Below are positions 44,435 to 52,568 of a stretch of 63,106 nt of DNA, piece after piece. Position 1 is the first letter of the stretch. Each line of letters begins with the position of its first letter. The stretch is from positions 1 to 63,106 of the forward strand of contig JWKY01000007.1 in NCBI GenBank assembly GCA_000806015.1, written 5' to 3'. Source of the stretch: an archaeon GW2011_AR19 (lineage in GTDB: Archaea; Nanobdellota; Nanobdellia; Pacearchaeales; GW2011-AR1). The translations under genes were made by a program, and so were the position numbers. Under the pieces are notes generated by a model that was given only the letters and a program-made list of their open reading frames with translations, did not search any database and was not told the origin of the DNA.

Positions 44435-46288
44435 TCACAAAACAATTTCAAATTCCCCTAATTCTTTTTTCAGCAGCTCAAAAACTTTTGGATTAACTTT
44501 GAATTCTCTTTTGCCTTTTTGTTTTTTAATTTCTTTTTCAACTTCATCCATCTCGCAATCTTCAATTTTATCTGTTATCTTTTTTGTTTTCATGTCCTTG
44601 AATAAAAAGCTTATTCCTTCAAAATTTAATAATTCAGAAGTTCTTTCAAGACCTTTTTCCTTGTATTTAATGAGCATTTTTCCTTTTTCTAAAGGAAGCA
44701 ATTCACATCTTTGAGAATATTCTATTAATATATTTATTAAAAAATTGGCATTTTTTCTGGCACTGTCAACTTTATGCGAATTCAGTTTTCCTTTTTTAAA
44801 ATCAGCTCTGGCTTTAACTATTTCATTTAATATTCTTAAATGCTGATTGGTAAACTTTCCCACTTTGACAAAATTTTTTTCAAAAGATTCAATAATTGCT
44901 GTTTGCGATTTTTGATTTGTTAATTGCCCCAATAATTCAAAAACATCTTTGTAAATTTGTTCAATGGTTTTCTCGCTTGTTCTTTTTTCAATTTGCTCTC
45001 TTAACTCTTTCATTCTTTTAATATAATCTTCCATATTTAATAGAAGCCTGTCAACTTCTTTTCCCGAAACTTTTTTAATTTTGCCGTGTTCATATCCTTT
45101 ATAATATTTTATAACAATTTCTTCAAGAATGTCTAAATATTTTTTTTCCAGCATTTTTTCCTTATCAACAAAAATATTTTTCATTTCAGAAACAACCTGT
45201 TTTGGCGTCGGTGGAGGTAATCCATAAAGCATAAGCAAAGCCTGGCTTGGAGTAATGACTCCCCAATAAATCTCTCCGATGACAATTTCTAATAATGTTC
45301 TTTCAGCTCTTTTGGTTGTATTATCTCCCATAGACATAAACATATCAATAGATTCCGGGGAGGGTTTAAGTCTGCCCATTTTTAATAAAGTTTTCCAGGG
45401 CATAAAAGTCCCTCGGTCATAAAGCGGAACTCCGTCGCGAATAAAAGTAAACATTACCGGATGAGCATCTTTTACACCTTCCCAAAAATCAGTTAAAAGA
45501 TAAATCTGCGGTTCAAGCTTGTTTTCAACGCCTGCAAGAGCAGAGGCTTCTGCAACATACTGATAAATAATTCCTCTTAACCTTTCTTTTAATTCCAGGC
45601 GGGGCATTCTTTTAACGTCGGTATCATTAATAATAACAAAAACATCAACATCTGAAGTTTTTATCGCTTCTCCCCTTACTAAACTCCCCGCAATAACATA
45701 TGACACAACATATTTCTCAAATTTTTGCAAAACTAATGACTTGTGAATTTCTGCAACTCTCAACGCTCCGAGAATCCCTTTATCATAAAGTGGAAAAGAC
45801 ATTGCTATTGCCCCATTTAATTCAAATTTTTGGTCAAGGCAGATTTCCCAAATATTAGACGGAGTCCTGATATGAAGCCAAATTTTTGGATGCTCCGCTT
45901 TTTCAAACTGTTTTAAAATTTCAGATTTTATTTTAGGAATTTCTTTTTCTTTTTCGTCCGGCACAATTAAATGCAGATGCGTGTGTTTTTCCGCGTCTTT
46001 AGGAACATCTTCCTCTTCAATAAAAAACCTGATTGCCTGCGGAGGCAAAATACTTATTGCTTTAATATATGGAAATTTTTTTATAATAAAATTTTTTAAT
46101 TTTTCAAGTTCTTTTTTGGTTTTTTCTATTTCTTTTTTAGCTTGTTCTGGATTAGGAAATTGTTGCGCAGATTCTTTAATAGATTCACCGACACGTTTTT
46201 TTTCTAAATTCATTTCCGGACTAGCTGATGTTTCAGCATACTTTTTGTTTAAATTCATCTCCGGAATTTCGTTTTTTTTATCGTCCAT
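44435..46288 (-). CDS. Large nucleotidyltransferase-domain protein (617 aa)
   Basis: Has the NTase motif VIAGSLVRGEAIKTSDVDVFVIIND and lies 18 nt downstream of the sigma-like gene. Confidence 0.55.
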   Translation of the reverse strand: MDDKKNEIPEMNLNKKYAETSASPEMNLEKKRVGESIKESAQQFPNPEQAKKEIEKTKKELEKLKNFIIKKFPYIKAISILPPQAIRFFIEEEDVPKDAEKHTHLHLIVPDEKEKEIPKIKSEILKQFEKAEHPKIWLHIRTPSNIWEICLDQKFELNGAIAMSFPLYDKGILGALRVAEIHKSLVLQKFEKYVVSYVIAGSLVRGEAIKTSDVDVFVIINDTDVKRMPRLELKERLRGIIYQYVAEASALAGVENKLEPQIYLLTDFWEGVKDAHPVMFTFIRDGVPLYDRGTFMPWKTLLKMGRLKPSPESIDMFMSMGDNTTKRAERTLLEIVIGEIYWGVITPSQALLMLYGLPPPTPKQVVSEMKNIFVDKEKMLEKKYLDILEEIVIKYYKGYEHGKIKKVSGKEVDRLLLNMEDYIKRMKELREQIEKRTSEKTIEQIYKDVFELLGQLTNQKSQTAIIESFEKNFVKVGKFTNQHLRILNEIVKARADFKKGKLNSHKVDSARKNANFLINILIEYSQRCELLPLEKGKMLIKYKEKGLERTSELLNFEGISFLFKDMKTKKITDKIEDCEMDEVEKEIKKQKGKREFKVNPKVFELLKKELGEFEIVL

Positions 46289-46306
46289 ATTTTAAATAAT
46301 TATTAT

Positions 46307-46861
46307 TTACTTATAAAGATTACTGATTGGAAAATCTCTGCTAAACTCTTCAGAGATCATCTTCCCCAAATTCTTTCTTCCTCTTAAATACGAGCTCCTA
46401 AGAGTAACCTCAGGTATATTTAATTCCCGACTTGCTTGTTTATAAGAAACTTTATTTTTTAAGAGACGTAATTTTATTATTTCTTTTTGAGATTGCGGGA
46501 GTTTTTCTATTGAATTATTTAAAAAATTTTGCACCAATTTTCTATCAAAATATTTGTCTTGGCTGATAAAGGTGTTTTGCTCCAGATAATTGAGAGAATC
46601 ATCACTTTCAGAAATTAATTTATTTTTCAAAGGATTTCTTTTTTCTTTTCGCGTATGGTCAATAGCTGTATTTTTAACTATTTCCTGAACCCATCCATAA
46701 AATGATTTTCCTTTTCTTTCATCATATTTTTCAAGATTACGAAAAACTTTAATTAGAGAGTCCTGAATCACATCTTCCCTATCTTCTTTGTTTGGAAGAT
46801 AATTATATATCTCGCTCAACAGAGAATTTCTCTTAATTGATTCAAATTTTTTTAATGCCAT
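46307..46861 (-). CDS. ECF-type sigma-70-family protein (regions 2 and 4)
   Basis: The region 2 pattern is EDVIQDSLIKVFRNLEKYDERKGKSFYGWVQEIVKNTAIDHTRKEKR. The region 4 HTH is LPQSQKEIIKLRLLKNKVSYKQASRELNIPEVTLRSSYLRGRKNL. Confidence 0.7.
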   Translation of the reverse strand: MALKKFESIKRNSLLSEIYNYLPNKEDREDVIQDSLIKVFRNLEKYDERKGKSFYGWVQEIVKNTAIDHTRKEKRNPLKNKLISESDDSLNYLEQNTFISQDKYFDRKLVQNFLNNSIEKLPQSQKEIIKLRLLKNKVSYKQASRELNIPEVTLRSSYLRGRKNLGKMISEEFSRDFPISNLYK

Positions 46862-46962
46862 GCTTTTAAGAATTTATTTACCTTTAAATATCTTTGTATT
46901 TTAATTACTTTAAAGTTATTACAAAAAGAAAGATTTAAATATATCCTATTATATCTTGTCTT

Positions 46963-47706
46963 ATGAGATACGAACAAAAACAAAAAAAAATTGAACAAAA
47001 AACTTATGATTTTATAGATGAAATAGCAAACGAATTTGATTTAAAGGTTCCATTTTATCCGGAGATTTATTGGGTTGGTCAGAAATTAAAATTCGAAAAA
47101 CTTGGAATTAAAAAACAATATAAAAAAGAATTTCAAGAGATAAAAGAAAAAAAAGGAGCAATTTATTTTTATGAACCTAAGATAATTTTAATTTCAGAAA
47201 ATGTTAATTCATCAATAGCAGAAGAAGCGGGTCATTTTGTTCATTATATTAATTCTAAAGTCAATCCAAATAAAATGACTATGAATAATTATGTTGATCA
47301 TGAATCCTGGAAAATTTTATCAGAAGCAATAGGTTATTTTTGTTCAAAATTAATCAATCCTGAAAGAAAGCCTCTTTATGGCGAATTTAAAAATTTTGAG
47401 AATTATGTAAAAGATTTTTGCAATAAAAAAGATGTAAAAATAGAAAATCTTGAAGAAATAGTTGAAGATAATCTTAAAGTTCTGCCAAGTTTTTTTGTTT
47501 ACAAACACGGCTATGATTTGGGAGAAGAATTGTACAATCATTACATTTCCGGAAACATAAATAAAAAACAAATTAAAAATTTAATAAAAAATCCATTTAA
47601 AGAAGAGTTTTCTGCAACAAAAAAATTTCTCTATTTGAGGGAAAAATACCTTAAAAATAATTCACGTTTCTTTAAAAAAAAGGCTAACCAAAACCTTAAA
47701 AATTAA
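46963..47706 (+). CDS. Hypothetical protein with a possible degenerate metallopeptidase-like motif
   Basis: 247-aa ORF with AEEAGHFVH, which is not a canonical HExxH. It is divergent from the sigma-like gene. Confidence 0.35.
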   Translation: MRYEQKQKKIEQKTYDFIDEIANEFDLKVPFYPEIYWVGQKLKFEKLGIKKQYKKEFQEIKEKKGAIYFYEPKIILISENVNSSIAEEAGHFVHYINSKVNPNKMTMNNYVDHESWKILSEAIGYFCSKLINPERKPLYGEFKNFENYVKDFCNKKDVKIENLEEIVEDNLKVLPSFFVYKHGYDLGEELYNHYISGNINKKQIKNLIKNPFKEEFSATKKFLYLREKYLKNNSRFFKKKANQNLKN

Positions 47707-47736
47707 TTTTATCTTATTATATTCTTATATTATTAA

Positions 47737-47807
47737 GGTCCGTTAGTCCAATGGCAGAACAGCTCGTTTACACCGAGCAAACACAAGTTCGATTCTTGTA
47801 CGGACCA
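47737..47807 (+). tRNA. tRNA-Val (anticodon TAC), no intron
   Basis: The hand fold gives acceptor GGTCCGT/ACGGACC, anticodon stem GCTCG/CGAGC with loop TT-TAC-AC, and T arm ACAAG-TTCGATT-CTTGT. The D stem is imperfect. Confidence 0.8.
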
Positions 47808-47863
47808 TTTTTTGAAATGTATTCTTAAATGAAAAGAAAAAGAATACATTTTCCATCAAGGAT

Positions 47864-48051
47864 GGCTAAATATTTTAAAGCGGAGCGAGAAACAAAAAAC
47901 AGGAAATTTTTTGATAAACCGCCCAAGCGTGGTCGGTTTAAAGGAAAGGTTTCGTGGGCAATTTCGCGAGCGAAATTAATTCACAACGGAAGTAGTCGTG
48001 AATTAAGGAAAACCTTGGTTTTCATTCGGTTCGATGAAGAAGGGACCATTT
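47864..48051. repeat. Mosaic repeat element ending in a decayed copy of the tRNA-Val 3' end
   Basis: Its ends (ggctaaatattttaaagcg ... aggaaaaccttggttttc..cggttcgatgaagaagggaccattt) match the element at 52176..52270. Its interior carries reverse copies of the 39103-family units. Confidence 0.7.
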
Positions 48052-48080
48052 ACCAAAAAGATTATATAGTTTATTTTTCT

Positions 48081-48290
48081 ATGAAGATTATGGAATCGGT
48101 AAATTTGACGGATATTTATAAGAAACTAAAAGAAATAGAAAGAAATATGGCAACAAAAAGAGAGTTAGCTCAAACTATGGAAACTTTTTGTATCCTATCT
48201 AATGAAGATACTTTGCATCAAATCGAATCCAGCGAAGAAGATATTAAAAGAGGAAAATTCAAACAAATAAGTTCTGTTGAAGATTTATAA
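48081..48290 (+). CDS. Putative antitoxin (69 aa)
   Basis: Uses the internal ATG of ORF 47829..48290 (MKIMESVNLTDIYKKLKEIERNM..). Its stop overlaps the RelE start (TAATG). Confidence 0.5.
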   Translation: MKIMESVNLTDIYKKLKEIERNMATKRELAQTMETFCILSNEDTLHQIESSEEDIKRGKFKQISSVEDL

Positions 48291-48571
48291 TGGAGTGGAA
48301 AGTTATATCAACTGAAACTTTTTCTAAACAATTCAAAAAACATAAAAAAGATGGAGAGTTTGTAAAAATCCTCAATAACAAAATCAAAAGATTAAAAGAA
48401 AATCCAGAAAATGTTGGAGGTTATTTATCTGGAAAATTGCATGGTTATAAATCCACCAGAATTTTAAGGAAATTAAGACTTGTTTTTAAAATATTAATGG
48501 AAAAACAAGAAGTTCATTTAATGGCTATTGACCATAGAAAGTTTGATTATGAGAGATTTGATTTTGATTAA
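48290..48571 (+). CDS. RelE/ParE-superfamily toxin
   Basis: Contains ..FSKQFKKHKKDGEFVKILNNKIKRLKENPENVGGYL...RKLRLVFKI..EKQEVHLMAIDHRK. Confidence 0.7.
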   Translation: MEWKVISTETFSKQFKKHKKDGEFVKILNNKIKRLKENPENVGGYLSGKLHGYKSTRILRKLRLVFKILMEKQEVHLMAIDHRKFDYERFDFD

Positions 48572-48592
48572 ATTCATACTAAAAAGATTAAA

Positions 48593-48658
48593 ATGTTCAT
48601 AGATATTCATTCTCACATTGAAATCTGCGAAGATATTGATGTCATTATTGAAAAATAG
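48593..48658 (+). pseudogene. Orphan duplicate of the tatD 5' end (MFIDIHSHIEICEDIDVIIEK*)
   Basis: The first 8 codons are identical to tatD at 49266 (atgttcatagatattcattctcac) and the sequence diverges after that. Confidence 0.8.
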
Positions 48659-48720
48659 AAAAGATTAAAAACTGCTGTAAATTATAATAATTATCAAATC
48701 CCCGGTATGGCCTTAGGGTA

Positions 48721-49275
48721 ATGCCGGGCTTATTTATTTTTATGGAAAAGAGAAGAGCCATTATTTTTATTGACGGAAGCAATTTTTATCATAATTCTAA
48801 ATCATTAATTAATAAACCTTCTAAGATAGATTTCAAGAGCCTATCAAAATTTATCTGTGATAACTTTAAATTAGAACTAAAAGAAATTAGATATTACAAT
48901 GCAGTCCCGGACATTTCTGACAATGAAACTATATATTATAAGCACATGGGATTTTTAGACAGATTAAAAAAACAAGGGATAATTGTTGAAGAAAGAAAAC
49001 TTAAGAAAATAAAAGAATTAAAAATAAAAATAGAAAAAGGAATTGATGTTATGATTGCTTCTGAAATGATTAGAAAAACATTAGTAGAAAAGAAATGTGA
49101 AGTTTGCATATTAATTTCAGGTGATGCTGATTTTATTCCAGCAATGCAGATAATCAAAGATGCAGGATATGAGGTTATTATTTGTTCTCCGCGATATGGA
49201 TTTTCTAATGAACTAAGACAGGGCAAATTTAGATATTTAGTTTTAAAGAAAGAGGATTTAGAGAAATGTTCATAG
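48721..49275 (+). CDS. NYN/LabA-like domain protein (predicted RNase)
   Basis: Contains AIIFIDGSNFYH and ILISGDADFIPAMQIIKDAGYEVII. An alternative start is MEKRR at 48742. The gene overlaps the tatD start by 10 nt. Confidence 0.7.
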   Translation: MPGLFIFMEKRRAIIFIDGSNFYHNSKSLINKPSKIDFKSLSKFICDNFKLELKEIRYYNAVPDISDNETIYYKHMGFLDRLKKQGIIVEERKLKKIKELKIKIEKGIDVMIASEMIRKTLVEKKCEVCILISGDADFIPAMQIIKDAGYEVIICSPRYGFSNELRQGKFRYLVLKKEDLEKCS

Positions 49276-50012
49276 ATATTCATTCTCACATAGATATTTG
49301 CAAAGATATTGACACCTTTATTAAGAACGCCAAAAAGAAAAATGTAAAAATCCTAACAGCCGGAACAAGTCCAAAATCAAACAGAGAAATTTTAAAACTA
49401 AAAATAAAATATCCTGAAATAAAGATTTGCTTGGGAATTTATCCAATAGACGCATTAAAAATCTCTGAAAAGGAAATTGATTCTGAAATTGAATTTATTA
49501 AAAAAAATAAAGAAAAAATTTCTGCAATAGGAGAAGTTGGAATTGACTTGAAACACGCAAAAGAAGATAGTTTAGAAACTCAAAAAGAAAATTTAAAAAA
49601 ATTTGGGAATTTAGCTAAAGAATTAGATATCCCTATTATAATACACTCAAGAAAAGCAGAAAAAGAGTGCATAGAGCTTTTGGAAAAATTAAATTATAAT
49701 AAAATAATTATGCACTGCTTTAGCGGGAATATGAAATTAGTAAGTAGAATTATTAATAATAACTGGAATCTTTCAATACCTGCAAATGTCAAACACTCAG
49801 AGCATTTTCAAAAAATAGTTGAGCAAACTCCAATTAAACAATTATTCTGTGAAACAGATTCTCCATTTCTGCATCCGGACAAACTTAGAGATAATGAACC
49901 TGCAAATGTAATTGAAAGTTATAAAAAAATATCGGAAATAAAAAAGATTTCTTTAACAGAAGTTGAAAAAAAGATAGAAGAGAATTATAAGAGATTATTT
50001 TCAAGAGATTAA
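49266..50012 (+). CDS. tatD: TatD-family metal-dependent hydrolase/DNase
   Basis: Contains FIDIHSH, GEVGID, IIHSR, IMHCFSG and ETDSPFL. Confidence 0.85.
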   Translation: MFIDIHSHIDICKDIDTFIKNAKKKNVKILTAGTSPKSNREILKLKIKYPEIKICLGIYPIDALKISEKEIDSEIEFIKKNKEKISAIGEVGIDLKHAKEDSLETQKENLKKFGNLAKELDIPIIIHSRKAEKECIELLEKLNYNKIIMHCFSGNMKLVSRIINNNWNLSIPANVKHSEHFQKIVEQTPIKQLFCETDSPFLHPDKLRDNEPANVIESYKKISEIKKISLTEVEKKIEENYKRLFSRD

Positions 50013-50025
50013 TGCAAATTTAAAA

Positions 50026-50415
50026 TTAAATCGTCTGCACAACTTGAGGCCTTAAACTCTCAGATTTGTTTTCCTGAATAATTATCGGATTCTTTTCAAA
50101 AATCATGTTTCTTATTTTTAACTGATAATCAAGTCGAATTTCTATAGTATTATTTTCCAGCTTCGCATTAAATCTCCAATTCGGAATTTCTCTTAGATTT
50201 ACTTTAGACATTCTTAAAAATTTAGAAGCATCAAAAATCTGTATTCCTACTATAAACTTTTCTTCATCAATATCTATAACCATATTCTGAAACTCTATTG
50301 AAAAGTCATATTCCCTGTCTTTTATTTTAAAAAATAGAATATCATTTACAAAATCGTAATTCATTTCTCCTTCTGCTTCCAAATGTCTTGATTTCATATC
50401 TTTGGGATCTGCCAT
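50026..50415 (-). CDS. DUF2283-like protein with C-terminal extension
   Basis: Contains MNYDFVNDILFFKIK...VIDIDEEKFIVGIQIFDASKFL. Confidence 0.5.
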   Translation of the reverse strand: MADPKDMKSRHLEAEGEMNYDFVNDILFFKIKDREYDFSIEFQNMVIDIDEEKFIVGIQIFDASKFLRMSKVNLREIPNWRFNAKLENNTIEIRLDYQLKIRNMIFEKNPIIIQENKSESLRPQVVQTI

Positions 50416-50723
50416 TCTTCTATAAAATAAAAAGTAACTATTTTAATCTTTCTATCATTAAAAGCAATTATCATTTTAAGGTTTTTGTTTTTATACTTGT
50501 AAAAAACAGCGCAATTTTTATTATACTGAAAACCAATCAAAAAAGGCGTTTCTTGAGTTAAAATCTTTCTCAATTCATCACAAGTGTATATTTTCCTTTG
50601 TTTTTCACTTAATCTAAAAAACGTGTGAGAGGCGCATTCTATTTGTTCAGGTTTATACTTTTTGATAAAACCGATAAATTCTGCAATTTCAACTTTCTTT
50701 TTAATTTTAGTTTCTTCAAACAT
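50394..50723 (-). CDS. DUF4258-like putative toxin
   Basis: Contains CASHTFFRLSEKQRKIYTCDELRKIL and overlaps the downstream DUF2283-like gene by 22 nt. Confidence 0.45.
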   Translation of the reverse strand: MFEETKIKKKVEIAEFIGFIKKYKPEQIECASHTFFRLSEKQRKIYTCDELRKILTQETPFLIGFQYNKNCAVFYKYKNKNLKMIIAFNDRKIKIVTFYFIEEWQIPKI

Positions 50724-50789
50724 GCTAATTTCAAGAGCAAAAGCATATAAAAATATTTTTATTTCCTTAATTTATGAAAATCTTAGAAA

Positions 50790-51770
50790 TTACATAAAAA
50801 AGATAAATAAAATAATATAAAATATTGGAACAATTCCAAACATAGTAAATTCAGTAAGCCTATGCAATTTTTGAACTAATTTGTCCTTTTTTCTTTCATA
50901 TAATTCCAGCAAAAACACATTAAATACAAAGCTAAGTAATATTATGAAATAAGTTAAAACCATAAATTTATCAATAAAGGTTAAATATCCGACGGGCGGA
51001 ATTTGGTTGCCTAAAGAAATATGGAACATTACTGATGCAACTAATGCAGAGCCCACCATTGCTAATCTTGTAGTTATTTTGTCCGGGTCAAGAATAAAAC
51101 TTGAGAGCATTACTAAAATAATAAAAATAATTGGAAGAAAAGTTTTGAAAATTGCATTAATTTTAATTCTTGAAATAGGGATTGTAAAAACATATTGCGA
51201 ATAATTTTCATCATATATTTCATATCTATGGATTTGCGTTTCTGCTTTCCAATCTTCAATATTCCAGCCAGTAAATGCTATTGAATCATCAATTCCGCTC
51301 GCTTCTAAATCCGGAAGATATTCTAATTCTTCAATTGTTTTTTTCTTGTCCTCAATTATAATTTGAATGTTTTGCCGGTCAAATGGAAATTTTTTCAAAT
51401 CAACTTGGCTGTTCAAATTTGCTTGTATTCTATAAAATTTTTCATAAGGCGCATCAATAATTTTATCAACTGAAGAAGCCCGACCATTCATAAATTCAAA
51501 ATCCTGCTTCGGACAAACACTCTCGCATTTTAATGATAAATAAAAATCTGCAGTGAATACGCCAGTTGAAATGTCAAATTTCCCAAGATTTAAAACATAA
51601 ACTCCAACTTTTATTTGGTTTTCTGAATTTAAATTTGTTGTTTGGTTTTCTGTTTCATTTGTTCCTGTTTCAGTTTTTGAAAGGATTATTATATTATTGG
51701 TTAAATTATCCGCTAATATTATAGGAGCAAGGATTAATATCATTAAAATAGTTAAAAATAATTTTTTCAT
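50790..51770 (-). CDS. Pentameric ligand-gated ion channel (Cys-loop receptor family) homolog
   Basis: A signal peptide is followed by a beta-rich extracellular domain with the family-typical FPFDRQ (KKFPFDRQNIQIII). Four TM segments follow, with an M2-like TRLAMVGSALVASVMFHISL and an M3-M4 loop. Confidence 0.6.
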   Translation of the reverse strand: MKKLFLTILMILILAPIILADNLTNNIIILSKTETGTNETENQTTNLNSENQIKVGVYVLNLGKFDISTGVFTADFYLSLKCESVCPKQDFEFMNGRASSVDKIIDAPYEKFYRIQANLNSQVDLKKFPFDRQNIQIIIEDKKKTIEELEYLPDLEASGIDDSIAFTGWNIEDWKAETQIHRYEIYDENYSQYVFTIPISRIKINAIFKTFLPIIFIILVMLSSFILDPDKITTRLAMVGSALVASVMFHISLGNQIPPVGYLTFIDKFMVLTYFIILLSFVFNVFLLELYERKKDKLVQKLHRLTEFTMFGIVPIFYIILFIFFM

Positions 51771-51881
51771 GCTTTTTTATCATACTCTTTATTTTTAAGT
51801 TTTATTATAATGTAAAATAATTGTTTTCCCATAAATAATAAATTTTTAAATAACATTTGTTTATTAATTAATAAATAATAT

Positions 51882-52009
51882 GCGTGAGTAGTTCAGCGGC
51901 AGAACGTCTCGTTGCCAATGTGGGAGAACCAATGTTCCTTGACAATCAACCTCCTTTAAGAGAGAAAAGCAAACACGAGATAACCCGAGTTCGAATCTCG
52001 GCTCGCGCA
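51882..52009 (+). tRNA. tRNA-Gly (anticodon GCC) with a 57-nt intron at 37/38 (about 51918..51974)
   Basis: The hand fold gives acceptor GCGTGAG/CTCGCGC, D arm GTTC-AGCGGCA-GAAC and anticodon stem TCTCG/CGAGA. The anticodon loop is TT-GCC-A[intron]A and the T arm is CCGAG-TTCGAAT-CTCGG. Confidence 0.8.
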
Positions 52010-52126
52010 TTCAAAAAATATATTTGTTAATTCAAAAACATAAATATATTTTGGAACGAGGTTTCTTATTAACTTCGAATCCGAGCGACTTCACGGAAGG
52101 TAAATTATTTTTATCAATCTCTGAGT

Positions 52127-52153
52127 GAGGTCGGGAGTTCGGCTCGCGCATTC
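52127..52153 (+). repeat. Decayed tRNA-Gly 3' fragment, copy 2
   Basis: In gaggtcgggagttcggctcgcgcattc, the segment ggctcgcgcattc is identical to the end of the tRNA gene plus its flank. Confidence 0.75.
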
Positions 52154-52175
52154 ATGGATTTGTAAAATCCATATT

Positions 52176-52270
52176 TAGTTGAGGTTGGCTAAATATTTTA
52201 AAGCGAAAAGGAAAGGTAGCGTTAGGAAAACCTTGGTTTTCCCACGGTTCGAAGAGAGGCTCGCGCATTT
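52176..52270 (+). repeat. Mosaic repeat element ending in tRNA-Gly 3' fragment copy 3
   Basis: The sequence is ggttggctaaatattttaaagcg...aggaaaaccttggttttcccacggttcgaagagaggctcgcgcattt. Confidence 0.75.
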
Positions 52271-52568
52271 TTTAAATTTTTATTCCTGTAGGGCTTTAGC
52301 CAAATCTATAAATTTTTTATTAAAAAATCCAATTAACTTCTTGTTAAGAATTGCAGTGCTATTAAAAAATAATTTGCTAAAAGTACAAAAATAAAAATTT
52401 AAATGGTTTGAGAAATTTTTTTAGCATTAAACTTAAAATAAGATAGATCTTTAAATCCCCGTTGGTAAAAATATTTAAACACTATTAAAAAATTACAGAA
52501 TAGTGTTTAAACTTGATAATAACAACATAAACAAAAGATTTATAAACCCCTTTTCCATAACATTTAAC

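Noticed and set aside
43545-44714. Plus-strand ORFs 43545..43754 and 44427..44714; also 45981..46295, 47350..47571, 48936..49289, 54801..55421, 55612..56395 and 57743..58069
   Set aside because: These are antisense shadow ORFs within better-supported genes.
47829-48080. Long N-terminal extension of the antitoxin ORF (MKRKRIHFPSRMAKYFKAERETKNRKFF...)
   Set aside because: It reads through the mosaic repeat and pseudo-tRNA end, and the same artefact appears at 52179..52394 behind tRNA-Gly.
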